From Candidatus Krumholzibacteriia bacterium (GTDB lineage: Bacteria; Krumholzibacteriota; Krumholzibacteriia; LZORAL124-64-63): DNA of 64,000 nucleotides. Under the pieces are notes generated by a model. It saw nothing but the letters and a program-made list of their open reading frames with translations. It made no database searches and was not told the origin of the DNA. The stretch spans positions 1 through 64,000 of the forward strand of contig JAWOID010000103.1 in assembly GCA_046484865.1 (NCBI GenBank), in the 5' to 3' direction. The translations under genes were made by a program, and so were the position numbers. Each line of letters begins with the position of its first letter. The first letter of the stretch is position 1. Of the stretch, positions 47,906 to 58,823 are shown piece after piece.

Positions 47906-48950
47906 TCGTCCCGTCGGTCGCGGCCTGCTCGTCGCGCTGCTGCTGCTGCTGCCGGGGATCCTGGCAGCCGATCCGGCGCGCGGGGGGCCGCGAACTCCTG
48001 TCGTCGTCGCGCCCACCACCGCGCCCGTCGTCGCGGCCACCGCCGCGCCAACCGCTGCGGCCACCGCCGGGTCCGCCGCCGCGCCCACCGCCCCGGTCTT
48101 CGATGGCCGGCGCGCGTTCGACTGGCTCGTCCACCAGGTCGAGCTGGGGCCGCGGAACCCGGGCAGCGAGGGGCACGCGCGCCTGCGCGCCGGGTTGCGG
48201 GCGCACGCCGACTCGCTGGGGCTCCGTCACGCCGAGGACGTGTTCCGGGCCACCGATCCCCTCAGCGGCCAGGAGCGGGAGTACGCCAGCGTCGTGATCT
48301 CCGCCGGACCGGTCGGCGATCCGCGCGTGTGGATCGGCGCCCACTACGACACGCGTCCGGTGAGCGACCTCGACCCCGACCCCGCCCGGCGCGGCGAACC
48401 CCTGCCCGGGGCCAACGACGGCGCCAGCGGGACGGCGGTCCTCCTGCACCTGGCGGAACTGCTGGCGGCGGCGCCGCCGCCGGTGGGAGTGGACCTGATC
48501 TTCTTCGACGGCGAGGATTCCGGCCGGGCCGGCGAGCCGCGCACCTTCTGCCTGGGCAGCCAGCACCTGGCCTCGAACCTGGGCAGCTTCGCCAGCCCGC
48601 TGCGCGGCCGGCCGCTGGGGCTGGTGGTCCTGGACATGGTGGGAGAACGGGGTGTGTCCATCCCGCGCGAGGGCTACTCGGCCCGGTATGCGCCGGCGTG
48701 GACGAGCGCCGTCTTCCGGCGCGCCGCCGAGCTGGGCGTCTCGGCGCTGCGCGACGAGCCGGGGCCGCCCGTCTACGACGATCACGTGCCGTTCCTCGAG
48801 GCGGGGATCCCGGCCGTCGATCTCATCGACTTCGACTTTCCGCAGTGGCACACGACAGCCGACACGCCGGCCGTCTGCTCCGCAGCCAGTCTCGAGCAGG
48901 TGGGCCGACTGGTCCTGTCGATCTGTCAGGACCCTCCCGAACAGCGATGA
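47895..48950 (+). CDS. Exported M28 peptidase / glutaminyl cyclase-like
   Basis: GPRNPGS, AHYDTR, GANDGASG, FFDGED, LDMVG, DDHVPF, WHT..D; start codon uncertain. Confidence 0.88.
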   Translation: MSSDRPVGRGLLVALLLLLPGILAADPARGGPRTPVVVAPTTAPVVAATAAPTAAATAGSAAAPTAPVFDGRRAFDWLVHQVELGPRNPGSEGHARLRAGLRAHADSLGLRHAEDVFRATDPLSGQEREYASVVISAGPVGDPRVWIGAHYDTRPVSDLDPDPARRGEPLPGANDGASGTAVLLHLAELLAAAPPPVGVDLIFFDGEDSGRAGEPRTFCLGSQHLASNLGSFASPLRGRPLGLVVLDMVGERGVSIPREGYSARYAPAWTSAVFRRAAELGVSALRDEPGPPVYDDHVPFLEAGIPAVDLIDFDFPQWHTTADTPAVCSAASLEQVGRLVLSICQDPPEQR

Positions 48951-48967
48951 TCATCTCCACATTCGCC

Positions 48968-48997
48968 TTGCCAGCGCCGTCGGCGCGGTGTTATATT
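48968..48997 (+). promoter_or_regulatory. Sigma70 promoter of the rimP-nusA-infB operon
   Basis: TTGCCA-18 bp-TATATT with extended TGn. Confidence 0.6.
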
Positions 48998-49030
48998 CGG
49001 CCCGTCGACTGACACCTCGGGTGACTTCCC

Positions 49031-49061
49031 GAAGTGGGCGCAAGCTCACTTCTTTTCGTTT
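49031..49061 (+). promoter_or_regulatory. rimP leader hairpin (attenuator-like)
   Basis: GAAGTGGGC-GCAA-GCTCACTTC followed by TTTTCGTTT, ~20 nt before the rimP ATG. Confidence 0.7.
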
Positions 49062-49080
49062 GACGAGGAAGGTGAGGGCC

Positions 49081-49830
49081 ATGGCGGGTGACCGGCAGCC
49101 GGATCGGTACGCCCTGGCGCGACGGGTGATCGAGCTGCTGGAGCCCGAACTGGCCGAAGAGGGCTACCAGCTGCTGGACGTGCGGGTGTACCTGGGCGGC
49201 GGGCGCCACCAGGTCCGCATCTACCTGGACGAGCCGGCCGAGCCCGGTGGCATCGATCTGGCCGGGTGCGCCCGCGCTTCCCGGACGGCGGACACGCTGC
49301 TCGAGGAGGCGGACCTCTTCCCGGGGCAGTACGTGGTGGAGGTGTCGTCGCCCGGGGTGAGACGTCCCCTGCGGACGGCCGGCCACTTCGCCGCCGCCGT
49401 GGGCGAGGACGTGGAGTTGAAGCTGCGCCGCGGTTCGGTCCGGCCGCGGCTCCGCGGGCGGCTCGAGGCGGTGACCGAGGACGGCGCGCTGGTGGTATCG
49501 GAGCGGGCGCGCCGCACGGAGAGCGAGGCCGGCGGCGAGCCTGACGGAGAGACGGCCGTCCCCTCGGACGACGCGCCGGCTCCGGGCGTGGAGGCGCCGG
49601 TTCCCGGAGCGGAGTCGGCGGCTCCTGGAGCGGAGGCGGCATCCGTCCGCGTGCCGCTCGCAGACGTGCTGGAGGCGAATCTCGACCCGGAGTTCGATGT
49701 GCAGGCGCTGATCGGCGAGGATCGCCGGCGCCGCAAGGAAGAGAAGCGCCGCCGACGCGAGGAGCGTGGCGGCAGCAAGCGCGGTCGCCGTCGCAGTCCC
49801 GGCTCCCGGGACGACGAGCCGGCGAGCTGA
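49081..49830 (+). CDS. rimP: Ribosome maturation factor RimP with low-complexity insert and basic tail
   Basis: RIYLD..GIDL..C..SR, YVVEVSSPGVRRPL; first gene before nusA. Confidence 0.9.
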   Translation: MAGDRQPDRYALARRVIELLEPELAEEGYQLLDVRVYLGGGRHQVRIYLDEPAEPGGIDLAGCARASRTADTLLEEADLFPGQYVVEVSSPGVRRPLRTAGHFAAAVGEDVELKLRRGSVRPRLRGRLEAVTEDGALVVSERARRTESEAGGEPDGETAVPSDDAPAPGVEAPVPGAESAAPGAEAASVRVPLADVLEANLDPEFDVQALIGEDRRRRKEEKRRRREERGGSKRGRRRSPGSRDDEPAS

Positions 49831-49846
49831 CGCGCAGGAGATACCG

Positions 49847-51508
49847 ATGGATTACAACGTTCTCGAGGCCCTGACCGCCATCACCCGCGAGAAGCAGATC
49901 GACCGGCGGATCATCATCGAGTCGCTGGTGGCGGGTCTGCAGTCCGCGGCCAAGAAGAAGCTGGGCGCGGAGGCGAACATCGACGCCCGCGTGGACGGCG
50001 ACACCGGCGAGATGGTGGTGGAGCAGGTCAAGACGGTGGTGGAAGAGGTCGACGACCCGGACATCGAGATCTCGCTGGAGGAAGCGGAGATCGAGTTCGG
50101 CGACGACGTGGACATCGGCGACGAGGTTCGCTGGGAGCTGCCGCTGGACCAGTTCGGCCGCAACGCCATCCTGGTGGCCAAGCAGATCCTCGTGCAGAAG
50201 GTGCGCGAGGCCGAGCGGACGCAGATCTACGACGAGTACAAGGACCGGGTCAACGAGATCATCGTCGGCACCATCCAGCAGGTCGACCGCGGCAACGTCC
50301 TCGTGAACCTGGGCCGCGTGGAGGCGCTGCTGCCCTACCGCGAGCAGATCCGCGGCGAGAAGCTGCACCAGGGCAAGACGGTGCGGGCCTTCATCATCGA
50401 GGTGCTGGACAACGCCAAGGGACCGCAGATCATCCTCTCGCGCAGCCACCCCGGCTTCCTGAAGGCCCTCTTCGAGCAGGAGGTGCCGGAGATCCAGGAG
50501 AAGATCGTCGAGATCAAGGCGGTGGCCCGGGAACCGGGGACGCGCTCGAAGATCGCCGTGGCCAGCAACGACGACCGCGTGGACGCCGTCGGCTCCTGCG
50601 TGGGCATGAAGGGAAGCCGCGTGCAGGCCGTCACCCGCGAGCTGGCAGGCGAGCGCATCGACATCGTGCCCTGGAGCGCCGATCCCAGCGTGCTGATCTC
50701 GCGGGCGCTCAGCCCGGCCGAGGTGAACCACATCGTGCTGAACCACGACCGGCGCGAGGCCACCGTCGTGGTCACCGAGGACCAGCTGAGCAAGGCCATC
50801 GGCAAGGAAGGCAAGAACGTCCGCCTGGCCGCCAAGCTCACCGAGTGGAAGATCGACCTCATGAGCACCCGCGAGTTCTCGGTGCGCCAGCGCATCGCCG
50901 CCGAGATGTCGATGGAGCTGGAGGAGATGACCGGCGTCACGCCGGCCGTCATGCAGGCGCTCCAGGGCGTGGGCATCGACCGGATCGACGAGCTGGCGCG
51001 GGCGTCGCAGGAGCGGCTCGAGAAGGTGGACGAGATCCCCGCCGAGGAACTGGCCGCGCTGCAGGCCACCGCCCAGGCCACCCTGGACGAGCTGGCCATG
51101 CAGGTGGAGAAGGCGGTCCAGGAGGAACTGGCCGCCATCGAGGCCGACGAACGTACCCTCTTCGACGAGAGCCAGTGGACCGAGGAAGGCGGCGCCGAGG
51201 CGGAAGCCGAGGACGAGCCCGATGAGCCGGTCGGCATGGAGAGCGTGGAGATCGCCTCCGCCGACCCGTTCGAGGACTTCGATCGCAAGATCGATCCGGA
51301 GGCGGCCGGCGGGAGCGAGGGTGAACCGGAGGCGGACGCCGGGTCGGCCGAGAGCGAGGACCAGGACGAGGACCGATTGCGGACGGAAGCCGGCGTGGCC
51401 GGGAGCGTGGCCGGGAGCGAGGCCGGGAGCGAGGGCGAGAGCGAGGCGGAGCCCGAACCGGAGCCCGAGCCGGACGGTTCCAGCGCGGGCGCCGGGCGTG
51501 ATGACTGA
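49847..51508 (+). CDS. nusA: Transcription factor NusA with acidic C-terminal extension
   Basis: FGRNAI..AKQ, S1 domain, LSRSHP, EVPEI, AREPG.RSKIAV, AIGKEGKNVRLA. Confidence 0.96.
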   Translation: MDYNVLEALTAITREKQIDRRIIIESLVAGLQSAAKKKLGAEANIDARVDGDTGEMVVEQVKTVVEEVDDPDIEISLEEAEIEFGDDVDIGDEVRWELPLDQFGRNAILVAKQILVQKVREAERTQIYDEYKDRVNEIIVGTIQQVDRGNVLVNLGRVEALLPYREQIRGEKLHQGKTVRAFIIEVLDNAKGPQIILSRSHPGFLKALFEQEVPEIQEKIVEIKAVAREPGTRSKIAVASNDDRVDAVGSCVGMKGSRVQAVTRELAGERIDIVPWSADPSVLISRALSPAEVNHIVLNHDRREATVVVTEDQLSKAIGKEGKNVRLAAKLTEWKIDLMSTREFSVRQRIAAEMSMELEEMTGVTPAVMQALQGVGIDRIDELARASQERLEKVDEIPAEELAALQATAQATLDELAMQVEKAVQEELAAIEADERTLFDESQWTEEGGAEAEAEDEPDEPVGMESVEIASADPFEDFDRKIDPEAAGGSEGEPEADAGSAESEDQDEDRLRTEAGVAGSVAGSEAGSEGESEAEPEPEPEPDGSSAGAGRDD

Positions 51509-51935
51509 GCCGCGCCGCGGCACCGACGACGCGCGCGAGCAGCGGCGGCGCCGGCTGCTCGGGCTGCTGGGACTCGCGCGACGGGCGGGAAAGCTGGCCA
51601 TGGGCCAGACCGCCGTCGACAGCCTGGTGGCCAGGCAGCAGCGGCCGGTCGTCGTGCTGGCACTGGACGCCGGTGACGCGCTGCGGCGGCGGGTGGAGCG
51701 GCTCGAGCCGCTGCGCGGCTGCAGCACGGATCTGGTGACCCGCAGTGATCTGGCCACCCTGGGCGGCCGTGACGATCTGGCCGTGGTGGCCACGGCGGAT
51801 GCGAGCTTCGTGCGGGGGATCGGCGAGCTGATCCGTACCGCTGCGGGCGACGGCGATCCCGGCGACGGCGCCGGCGGCTCGCCCCCGGGAGAGCGGGCCG
51901 CGCCCCGCCGCAAGGACGAGGGCGTGCGCGACTGA
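51501..51935 (+). CDS. L7Ae/YlxQ-family RNA-binding protein
   Basis: LGLLGLARRAGKLAMG, VVLALDA, LGGR; located between nusA and infB. Confidence 0.8.
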   Translation: MTEPRRGTDDAREQRRRRLLGLLGLARRAGKLAMGQTAVDSLVARQQRPVVVLALDAGDALRRRVERLEPLRGCSTDLVTRSDLATLGGRDDLAVVATADASFVRGIGELIRTAAGDGDPGDGAGGSPPGERAAPRRKDEGVRD

Positions 51936-51977
51936 AAGGCATCGCCGCCGGTCGACGGCGGCGGGAGGTGAACGGAT

Positions 51978-54941
51978 TTGGTGAGGAAGCTGCGGGTTTA
52001 CGAGCTGGCGCGTCACTACGGCGTGGACAGCAAGACCATCATGACCCTCCTCCACAAGATGAAGGCGGACGCGAAGAGCCACATGAGCGTGGTGGAGGAA
52101 CCGGACGTGGACAAGGTCCACTCGGTCTTCCAGCGCAAGCGAGAGCTGGCGAGGCAGAACTACGCCCGGGCCCACAACCTGGACCCCGAGAAGCTCAAGA
52201 ACGTGGCCAGCCTGAAGCCGCTGCCCAAGCCGCAGCCGGCGGAAGAGCCGGAGGAGAAGGCGCCGCGGAAGAAGACGGTGCGGAAGAAGAAGCCGGCCAA
52301 GCCCAAGGTGGTCGTGATCAAGAAGGCGGGCGTGGAGACCGCGGTGGCCCGCAAGGCACGCGAGCTGAAGGAAGCCGAGGAGAAGGCCCGCGCCGAGCGC
52401 GCTGCCGCCGAGCGCGCCGAGCGCGAGCGCGTGGAGGCCGAGCGAGCCGCGATGCGCGACGCGCATGCCCAGACCCGGCAGACCGCGCGACTCGTGAAGA
52501 AGGTGCGCTCCGCCGACGAGGCCGAGGTCGGCGAGGCGGCCGAGACGGCGGCGGCCGGCGAGTCGCCGCGTGCGGGCGTCGGCCCGGCGGAAGACGACAC
52601 CACGACCGGAGCACCGGCCGGCACAGCCGGCGCGCCGCCCGTGGAGACGGATCAGGAGATCGCACCCGGCCTCGGCGAGAGTGCCGGAGCGGCCGCGACC
52701 GTGGAGCCGGCGGAGACGGACGCTGCCGCTGCCGAGGCGCCGGCCGAGGAGGCGCCCCCGGCCGGCAACGGCGGATCTCCGGCCGAGGCCGAAGCCGAAG
52801 CCGAGGCGGCCCCTGAGGCCGACTCGCCGGCGGCCGAGGAGGAAGAGTCCATCTATCATGGCCCGAGGCACCGGAGCGACGGGTTCAAGGTGGGCGACAT
52901 CATCAAGCCGCCACAGGCCGGTGCTGCGGTGGACACCCGCTCCGGCTCGAACGTGAGCAAGGAGTCGGTGAAGGAGTCGGTGAAGGCTGCCATCCGCAAG
53001 CGCCAGGAAGAGCGCGACCAGCGGGAGTCCGCCGAACCGCGTCGCAAGCGGGCCCGCACCAAGAAGAAGAAGGTGGACGAGGCCGCGGTGGAGCGTCAGG
53101 TGAAGCAGACGATGGCTCAGCTCGAGACCGGCGGTGGCCGGCGCCGGCGCCGCAAGGGCGGCGGTACGGAGGCAGAGGTGGCGCAGGAGGAGACGGTGCG
53201 GGTGACCGAGTTCATCACCGTCCAGGAGTTCGCCGAGAAGCTCGAGGTCCCGGCCCGGGACGTCATCGGCAAGCTCTTCAGCCTGGGCATCATGGCCACC
53301 ATCAACCAGCGGCTGGAGAAGGAGCAGATCGATCTGCTCGCGGACGAGTACGACCGTGACATCGAGTTCATGGCCGAGTACGGCGAGGAGTTGCTGGAGC
53401 AGGAGGAGGTGGCGGCCGAGGACCTGACGGCGCGCGCGCCGGTGGTGACCGTGATGGGCCACGTGGACCACGGCAAGACGCTGCTGCTGGACCGGATCCG
53501 CCAGACCAACGTGGTGGCCGGCGAGGCCGGCGGCATCACCCAGCACATCGGCGCCTACATGGTGCAGACGCCGGGCGGTCCCATCACGTTCCTCGACACG
53601 CCCGGCCACGCGGCATTCACCGCCATGCGCGCGCGCGGCGCCTCGGTCACCGACATCGTGATCCTGGTGGTGGCCGCCAACGACGGCGTCATGCCCCAGA
53701 CCGTGGAGGCCATCAACCACGCCAAGGCCGCCGGCGTGCCGATCATCGTGGCCATCAACAAGATCGACCTGCCCGAGGCGCGCGCGGAGCGCGTGAAGCA
53801 GGAACTGGCCCAGCAGGGGATCCTCATCGAGGAGTACGGCGGCACCGTGCTGGCGGCGGAGATCTCGGCCAAGCAGAGCCTCAACATCGAGCGGCTGCTG
53901 GAGATGGTGCATCTGCAGGCGGAGGTGCTCGAGTTGACCGCCAGCGCCAAGGGCGGCGCCCGCGGCGTGGTCGTGGAAGCCCGCAAGGAGCCCGGCCGCG
54001 GCGTGGTGTTCACCGTGCTGATCGAGAAGGGCACCCTCAAGGTGGGCGACATCTTCCTGGTGGGAGTGCGCGAAGGCCGCGTGCGTGCGCTGTTGAACGA
54101 GCGCGGCGAGAAGCTGAACGAGGCGCGGCCGGGCCAGCCGGCGGAGGTGCTCGGCGCCAACGACGTGCCCGAGGCCGGCGACCGGTTCTACGTGATGGAG
54201 AGCGAGCGGGAGGCCCGGGAGATCGCCTCGCGACGCAAGACCATGCAGCGCCAGCAGCAGTACTCGATGCCCAAGCGCAAGATCGGGCTGGAGAACCTGG
54301 CCGACATGATGGAAGCGGGCGATCTGAAGGAACTGCCCATCATCATCAAGGGCGACGTGGCCGGCTCCGTGGAGGCCGTCGCCGACCAGCTGATGGAGCT
54401 GAACACCGCCGAGGTGCAGGTCAAGGTGGTGCACAAGGCCGTGGGCGCGATCACCGAGTCGGACGTGCTGCTGGCGGCGAACATCGGCGCCATGATCATC
54501 GGCTTCCACCTGCGGCCCGGCGCCCACATCGAGGAGCTGGCGCGGGAGCACAACGTCACCATCGAGAACTTCGACATCATCTACGAGGCCGTGGACACGC
54601 TGAAGAAGGCGATGGCCGGCCTGCTGGGCAGCATCCAGCGGGAGGTGTCCACCGGCAAGGCGGAGGTCCGGCAGGTGTTCACCATCCCCAAGGTGGGGCA
54701 GATCGCCGGCTCGATGGTCACCGAGGGCAAGATCGTCCGCAACGGCCGCGCGCGCCTCGTCCGCGACCAGGTCATGATCTTCGAGGGCAGGATCAACAGC
54801 TTGAAGCGGTTCAAGGAGGATGCGCGCGAGGTGGCCCAGGGCTACGAGTGCGGCATCGGCCTGGAGAACTTCCACAACATCCAGGAAGGCGACATCATCG
54901 AGGCGTACGAGATCGAGGAGGTCGTCCGCACCGAGCTGTAA
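51978..54941 (+). CDS. infB: Translation initiation factor IF-2
   Basis: RVYELA N-domain; [38 protein letters not shown]. Confidence 0.97.
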   Translation: MVRKLRVYELARHYGVDSKTIMTLLHKMKADAKSHMSVVEEPDVDKVHSVFQRKRELARQNYARAHNLDPEKLKNVASLKPLPKPQPAEEPEEKAPRKKTVRKKKPAKPKVVVIKKAGVETAVARKARELKEAEEKARAERAAAERAERERVEAERAAMRDAHAQTRQTARLVKKVRSADEAEVGEAAETAAAGESPRAGVGPAEDDTTTGAPAGTAGAPPVETDQEIAPGLGESAGAAATVEPAETDAAAAEAPAEEAPPAGNGGSPAEAEAEAEAAPEADSPAAEEEESIYHGPRHRSDGFKVGDIIKPPQAGAAVDTRSGSNVSKESVKESVKAAIRKRQEERDQRESAEPRRKRARTKKKKVDEAAVERQVKQTMAQLETGGGRRRRRKGGGTEAEVAQEETVRVTEFITVQEFAEKLEVPARDVIGKLFSLGIMATINQRLEKEQIDLLADEYDRDIEFMAEYGEELLEQEEVAAEDLTARAPVVTVMGHVDHGKTLLLDRIRQTNVVAGEAGGITQHIGAYMVQTPGGPITFLDTPGHAAFTAMRARGASVTDIVILVVAANDGVMPQTVEAINHAKAAGVPIIVAINKIDLPEARAERVKQELAQQGILIEEYGGTVLAAEISAKQSLNIERLLEMVHLQAEVLELTASAKGGARGVVVEARKEPGRGVVFTVLIEKGTLKVGDIFLVGVREGRVRALLNERGEKLNEARPGQPAEVLGANDVPEAGDRFYVMESEREAREIASRRKTMQRQQQYSMPKRKIGLENLADMMEAGDLKELPIIIKGDVAGSVEAVADQLMELNTAEVQVKVVHKAVGAITESDVLLAANIGAMIIGFHLRPGAHIEELAREHNVTIENFDIIYEAVDTLKKAMAGLLGSIQREVSTGKAEVRQVFTIPKVGQIAGSMVTEGKIVRNGRARLVRDQVMIFEGRINSLKRFKEDAREVAQGYECGIGLENFHNIQEGDIIEAYEIEEVVRTEL

Positions 54942-55067
54942 CGGTGGCGGAACCGCCGCCGCGAGTTTCCGGGGCGCACTGCCGGCGCCGGCTAGCCCCT
55001 CTGCTGCGACCACCCTCGAGGCGGGCGCGCGGGTGGGCCTCCGGCGCCGGACATGTTGGGAGGGAGC

Positions 55068-56495
55068 ATGGATCCGCATCGCAGCGGCAGGATGGGCGAG
55101 GCCATCCGCAAGGTGATCAGCGACGTCATCCTGCGCGAGGTCAAGGACCCGCGCGTGAGCATGGTGGCGGTGGACACCGTCGAGCTGAATCGCGACGGCA
55201 CGGTGGCCCGGGTGTTCGTCAACGTCATCGGCAGCGACGAGGAACGGGCGCTGGCGCTCGCCGGTCTGGCCCAGGCCTCCGGTTTCCTGCAGCGGAGGGT
55301 CGGTCGCACGCTTCGCCTGCGCCAGACGCCGGAGCTGCGCTTCTCCTACAACGACGTCCTCGACCGCAGCACCCGTCTCGACGAGATGCTGAGCGGCCTG
55401 GCCGCCCGCGGCGAGTTCGAGAGCGAGGAGGAGCGGCTGCGCCGGCTCGAGCTGCGCGACCTGCAACCGCCCGCCGAACTCATCGACGCCCTCACCGCCG
55501 GCGAGCGGGTGTGGATCGTTCCGCATTTCAACCCCGACCCCGACGCCATGGGCGCCGCCCTGGCGCTCGCGGAGGCGCTGGAGGCGATCGGCGTCGAGAC
55601 GACCGTCTTCGGCTTCCCCGACCCTCCCGTGAACCTGGGCGAGCTGCCCGGCAGCGAGTCGGTGGTGCAGGCGTCGGCGGCAGAGGAGCTTCTGGCCGCC
55701 GAACCGCCCGATCTGGCCGTGGTCGTCGATGCGCACCGCAAGGACCGCTGCGGCCCGCTGGAAGCGATCCTTGACCGCATCGACGACGTCTGGTGCGTGG
55801 ACCACCACCTGGTGAGCGGCCGGCGTGCGCCACTGCCCGGCTGGGTGGACGCACGGGCGAGCTCGGCGTGCACGCTGATCCACCAGGTGATCGAGGCCCT
55901 CGCCGTGAGCGGCCGCGACGAGGAGGCGGAAGGCGCGGAGGACCGGGAGCCGGCGTTCGAATTGACCCTGAGCATGGCCACGAACATCTACGCCGGCCTG
56001 CTCAACGACACCGGCGGCTTCCGCTTCAGCAATACCCTGCCCCTGAGCTTCGAGCTGGCGCGCCGCCTCGCCCGGTGCGGGGTGGACGTGGCCGGAGTGG
56101 CGCGACTCACGCTGCACCGCTACCGCCGCGAGGGAGTGCGGCTGCTGCAGCTGTTCCTGGGCACCTTCACCTACCATGCGGACGGCACCATCCTGATGGC
56201 GCACGTGGACCGGGCCATGCTCGCGGAGACCGGCGCCTCGATGGCCGATACCGAGACGTACGTGAACATCGCGACCGCGGTGCAGGGCGTGGAGTACGTG
56301 GCCTTCCTGAAGGAACTGGAGGACGGCGCCTGGCGGTTGTCGCTGCGCGCGCGCGGCGAGGGCGACGTGGAGGCGGTGGCGGCGCGACACGGCGGCGGCG
56401 GACATCGGCTGGCGGCCGGCTGCACTCTCGAGGGCGAGCTGGACGACCTGAAGGCCCTGATCGTGGCGGAACTCTCCGCTCAGCCCGGGGCCTGA
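55068..56495 (+). CDS. rbfA: RbfA fused to a DHH/DHHA1 phosphoesterase (NrnA-like)
   Basis: N-terminal [13 protein letters not shown] (RbfA); in the same frame [29 protein letters not shown]. Confidence 0.88.
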   Translation: MDPHRSGRMGEAIRKVISDVILREVKDPRVSMVAVDTVELNRDGTVARVFVNVIGSDEERALALAGLAQASGFLQRRVGRTLRLRQTPELRFSYNDVLDRSTRLDEMLSGLAARGEFESEEERLRRLELRDLQPPAELIDALTAGERVWIVPHFNPDPDAMGAALALAEALEAIGVETTVFGFPDPPVNLGELPGSESVVQASAAEELLAAEPPDLAVVVDAHRKDRCGPLEAILDRIDDVWCVDHHLVSGRRAPLPGWVDARASSACTLIHQVIEALAVSGRDEEAEGAEDREPAFELTLSMATNIYAGLLNDTGGFRFSNTLPLSFELARRLARCGVDVAGVARLTLHRYRREGVRLLQLFLGTFTYHADGTILMAHVDRAMLAETGASMADTETYVNIATAVQGVEYVAFLKELEDGAWRLSLRARGEGDVEAVAARHGGGGHRLAAGCTLEGELDDLKALIVAELSAQPGA

Positions 56496-56519
56496 GCCGA
56501 CCGCGACCTGGAGGAGCGG

Positions 56520-57560
56520 GTGACCGACGACGGACTGCTGCTGGTCGACAAGCCCGCCGGCGTCACCTCGCACGACGTGGTGGACCGCATACGCCGCACG
56601 CTGGGGAGGACCGGCCCCGCCGCGGGCGGTGACGATGGCCCTCCGGCCGGAGGCGCTGGGCCGCGGCTGCCGGGGCGCGGTCGCCGCAGTGTCGCGCGCG
56701 TGGGGCACGCCGGCACTCTCGACCCCCTGGCCACCGGGCTGCTGCTGGTGATGACGGGACGGGCGACGCGCCTGGCGCCGTTCCTGGTCGGGCTCGACAA
56801 GGCTTACCTGGCACTGGTGCGGTTCGGCGCCGCCACCGAGACCCTGGACCGCGAGGGATCCCTCGTGGAACGTGCCGACCCGCCCGAGGCGGCGGCGGTC
56901 GTGCGTGCCGCCGAGGGCCTGCGTGGCGAGGTGGAGCAGGTGCCACCGGTGTACTCGGCCATCAAGCGCGATGGCCGGGCGCTGCACCGGCGCGCGCGGG
57001 CGGGCGAGGACGTGGCGCCGCCGCCGGCGCGACGGGTGGTGGTGGCGCGACTGGACGTCCGCCCGACGACCTGGGGCGCCGCGGCCCCGGCGGAGGCGGG
57101 CGCCGACCCGTTGACCGCGCCGGACGGTCTGGTGTACGAGGCGGAACTGGACGTGCGCTGCTCCAGCGGCACCTACGTGCGGTCGATCGCGCGGGACCTG
57201 GCGCTGCTGGCCGGCACCGTGGGCCACCTGCGGGAACTTCGCCGCCTGGCGGTGGGGCCGTTCACCCTGGCCGGCGCCCTCGGCGGCGAGGCGCTCGACG
57301 ACGCCGGCGCGCTGCGTTCGGTTCGGCTGCCCCTGGCAGACGCCCTGCCGCACCTGGCGGCGCGGCAGGTGCCGGCGGAGGTCGCCGCGCGGATCCGCCA
57401 GGGTGCGCAGCCGGAACCGGACTGGCTGGAGTTGCCGCCCGCGGCGGGCACGCTCTGCCGCCTGCACGGGCCGGACGGCGAGCTGGTGGCGGTGTGTCGC
57501 CGCGAGGCGCCGGACACTCCCTGGCGCACGGCGGCGGTGTTCCCTGAGACCACGCTCTGA
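56520..57560 (+). CDS. truB: tRNA pseudouridine-55 synthase
   Basis: DKPAGVTSHDVV, GHAGTLDPLATG, PPVYSAIK, CSSGTYVRS. Confidence 0.95.
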   Translation: MTDDGLLLVDKPAGVTSHDVVDRIRRTLGRTGPAAGGDDGPPAGGAGPRLPGRGRRSVARVGHAGTLDPLATGLLLVMTGRATRLAPFLVGLDKAYLALVRFGAATETLDREGSLVERADPPEAAAVVRAAEGLRGEVEQVPPVYSAIKRDGRALHRRARAGEDVAPPPARRVVVARLDVRPTTWGAAAPAEAGADPLTAPDGLVYEAELDVRCSSGTYVRSIARDLALLAGTVGHLRELRRLAVGPFTLAGALGGEALDDAGALRSVRLPLADALPHLAARQVPAEVAARIRQGAQPEPDWLELPPAAGTLCRLHGPDGELVAVCRREAPDTPWRTAAVFPETTL

Positions 57561-57574
57561 GCTGGAGGTCGAGC

Positions 57575-58675
57575 TTGCGCATCGTGCGACTCACCGAGGA
57601 GTACCTCACCCGCATGGCGGACGGCGAGACCGGTCTGCCGGCGGAGCGCATCGGCCCGTCGGCGCTGGTTCTGGGCTCCTTCGACGGACTCCACCGCGGT
57701 CACCAGGAGCTGATCCGCGGCGCCCGCGAGGCCCAGCGCCGCCGCGGCCTGGCCGCCAGCGTGGTGTTCACGTTCCGCAGCCATCCCCGGATCGTCCTGG
57801 CCCGGGACCGCAGCCCCTTCCTGCTCACCACCTGGCGCGAGAAGCTCTCGCTCCTGCAGCAGTCCGGCGTGGACGTCGTGGTGGCGGCCGACTTCTGCCC
57901 GGCGCTGGCGCGACTGGATTACCGCGACTTCGTGGCGCGATTCCTGGTGGAGTTCCTGGGCATGCGCCACTTCGTGGCCGGGCACGACGTGCACCTGGGC
58001 GCCGGCCGGCGCGGCAACGCCCGCACCCTCGAGGCGCTGGGCGACGAGCTGGACTACTCGTTCGAGCTGTGCAGCGCTCTACGCGAGGGCGACCAGATCG
58101 TCAGCAGCTCGGCGATCCGCAACGCGCTGACCGAGGGCGACCTGGCGACCGCCGCGGCCATGCTCGGCCGCCCGTACGCCCTGTGGGGCGAGGTCACCCC
58201 CGGCGACCAGCGGGGCCGCACCATCGGCTACCCGACCGCCAACATCACTCCCTTCCACGCGCAGAAGCTGCTGCCGAAGCCGGGCGTGTACGCGGTGCGG
58301 GTGCAGCTGCCGGGCGACGTGGCCCAGGCCGGGCGTCGCAACGGGGTGCTGGGCTGGGTCCACGAACCGATGCCGGAGATCGACCGTAGCGGCGTGATCC
58401 TGAGCAGCGCGGAGAGCGAGTGGGCGGTGTTCGGCGGCATGCTCAACTACGGCAAGGTTCCCACCTTCCACAGCGACGGCCTGACCACGCCGCGGGTGGA
58501 AGCGCACGTGTTCGAGTTCGACGGCGACCTGCGTGGCCGCACGGTGAAGGTGGAGTGGATGGAGCGCCTGCGCGACGAGCGCAAGTTCGCCGGGGTGGAC
58601 GAGCTGACCGACCAGCTCGCCCGGGATTCTGCCCAGGCTCGGCGCGCTCTTTGCATTCCGGAGCGCGACGACTGA
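57575..58675 (+). CDS. ribF: Bifunctional FAD synthetase/riboflavin kinase
   Basis: GSFDGLHRGH, VSSSAIR, GRTIGYPTAN, GVYAV, VEAH, LRDERKF. Confidence 0.95.
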   Translation: MRIVRLTEEYLTRMADGETGLPAERIGPSALVLGSFDGLHRGHQELIRGAREAQRRRGLAASVVFTFRSHPRIVLARDRSPFLLTTWREKLSLLQQSGVDVVVAADFCPALARLDYRDFVARFLVEFLGMRHFVAGHDVHLGAGRRGNARTLEALGDELDYSFELCSALREGDQIVSSSAIRNALTEGDLATAAAMLGRPYALWGEVTPGDQRGRTIGYPTANITPFHAQKLLPKPGVYAVRVQLPGDVAQAGRRNGVLGWVHEPMPEIDRSGVILSSAESEWAVFGGMLNYGKVPTFHSDGLTTPRVEAHVFEFDGDLRGRTVKVEWMERLRDERKFAGVDELTDQLARDSAQARRALCIPERDD

Positions 58676-58823
58676 CGCCGCTTGCCGGCTCCAGCCCCCC
58701 GCCGGCGCCCCGGACGAGACGAGCACGGGCAGAGCGCGAGAAAAGCTTGCCCCTCCGCGCCCGGGATTCCAGTATGGGACCGAGTACCTCTGAAATCGTG
58801 ACCTGCGGCCAGGGAGGGCCCCC

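Noticed and set aside
54942..55067. DUF503/YlxP gene between infB and rbfA
   Set aside because: Only 126 bp containing a short GC hairpin; too small for the gene.
50949..57467. 2172-aa minus-strand ORF (likewise 43499-48088, 58443-62513, 19665-22754 and other long shadow ORFs)
   Set aside because: Antisense or off-frame shadows of well-supported genes; stop codons are rare at this GC content and there are no recognisable motifs.
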